A stretch of DNA of 64,000 bases, from the IMG/VR virus record IMGVR_UViG_3300007609_000008, positions 1-64,000 of that record; one strand, given 5' to 3'. Source of the DNA: a virus. Of the stretch, positions 63,600 through 64,000 are shown in pieces. How positions within the stretch are numbered: position 1 is the first letter of the stretch; each line of letters starts with the position of its first letter. The translations under genes were made by a program, and so were the position numbers. Below the pieces are notes generated by a model. It was given only the letters and a program-made list of their open reading frames with translations. It did not search any database and was not told where the DNA came from.

Positions 63600-64000
63600 A
63601 TGAAAAATTTTATACACATTGAAGCTCCAACATTACCATCTCTGTCTCGTAAAAACATAGACGGCAAGAGAGTATATGTAAATGGAGATGGAGATAAATA
63701 TCCATCTGTCACTTCAGTTCTTTCTGTTCGTGGTAAGAAAGGTATATTTGAGTGGCGCCAACGAGTTGGTGCAGAAGAAGCAGATAGAGTTTCACGTAAA
63801 GCCTCTACTCGAGGCACAAGAATACATAAATTGTGTGAAACATACTTGCTTAACGAAGAACTACCTGAATTGTTGCCACTAGACTTAGATACTTGGAAAA
63901 AATTTCGACCTATTGTTGAGCGCATAGATAATATTCATTACGTTGAACCATTTCTGTATAGTAATCATTTAGGAATGGCAGGTCAGTGTGACTGTATTGC
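63600..64000 (+). CDS. PD-(D/E)xK exonuclease (T4-like/Cas4-like), truncated by window end
   Basis: YPSVTSVLS...EWRQRVG...RGTRIH...E..LYS...AGQCDCI. Confidence 0.88.
   Translation, partial: MKNFIHIEAPTLPSLSRKNIDGKRVYVNGDGDKYPSVTSVLSVRGKKGIFEWRQRVGAEEADRVSRKASTRGTRIHKLCETYLLNEELPELLPLDLDTWKKFRPIVERIDNIHYVEPFLYSNHLGMAGQCDCI

Noticed and set aside
63600-64000. Cas4 / CRISPR adaptation gene
   Set aside because: Matches the stand-alone T4-like PD-(D/E)xK exonuclease; no array or cas1/cas2 in the window
1-64000. Stop-codon reassignment or programmed frameshifts
   Set aside because: Standard code gives dense, full-length genes using TAA, TAG and TGA stops; no split core gene seen

Overview
A 64-kb segment of a large T4-like myovirus genome (standard genetic code), probably marine and infecting a Gram-negative proteobacterium (lysozyme plus two-component spanin; proteobacterial-type IscU/IscA, GroES, NrdAB). 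Left part (1-24.5 kb): lysis genes, capsid-targeted internal proteins, Ig-like structural protein, primase, ThyX, NrdA/NrdB, dCMP deaminase, RNase H, nucleases. 25-30.8 kb: island of small tailoring enzymes (SGNH-like, 2OG-Fe(II)-like, SDR), GroES, IscU/IscA and an unannotated 49-aa Bfd-like protein. 30.8-35 kb: non-coding iteron-like array (about 23-bp period) with two leftward sigma70 promoters, then a tandem array of near-identical early promoter cassettes; strand composition flips across this region, suggesting a replication origin or terminal-repeat/host-takeover module. Then a DUF262+HNH (GmrSD-like) nuclease, a late minus-strand module of exported proteins (NIDO-like protein, Asn/Thr-repeat protein), and the main highlight: a 16.5-kb translationally coupled operon with eight N-terminal-Twitch radical SAM paralogs, a methyltransferase, SDR, 2OG oxygenase, SGNH-like protein, a 34-aa peptide and a NodU/CmcH carbamoyltransferase. 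The window ends with PhoH, a TAGT/GREB1-like glycosyltransferase, tRNA-Arg(UCU) and a truncated exonuclease. Family calls come from motif recognition by eye; no database search was run.
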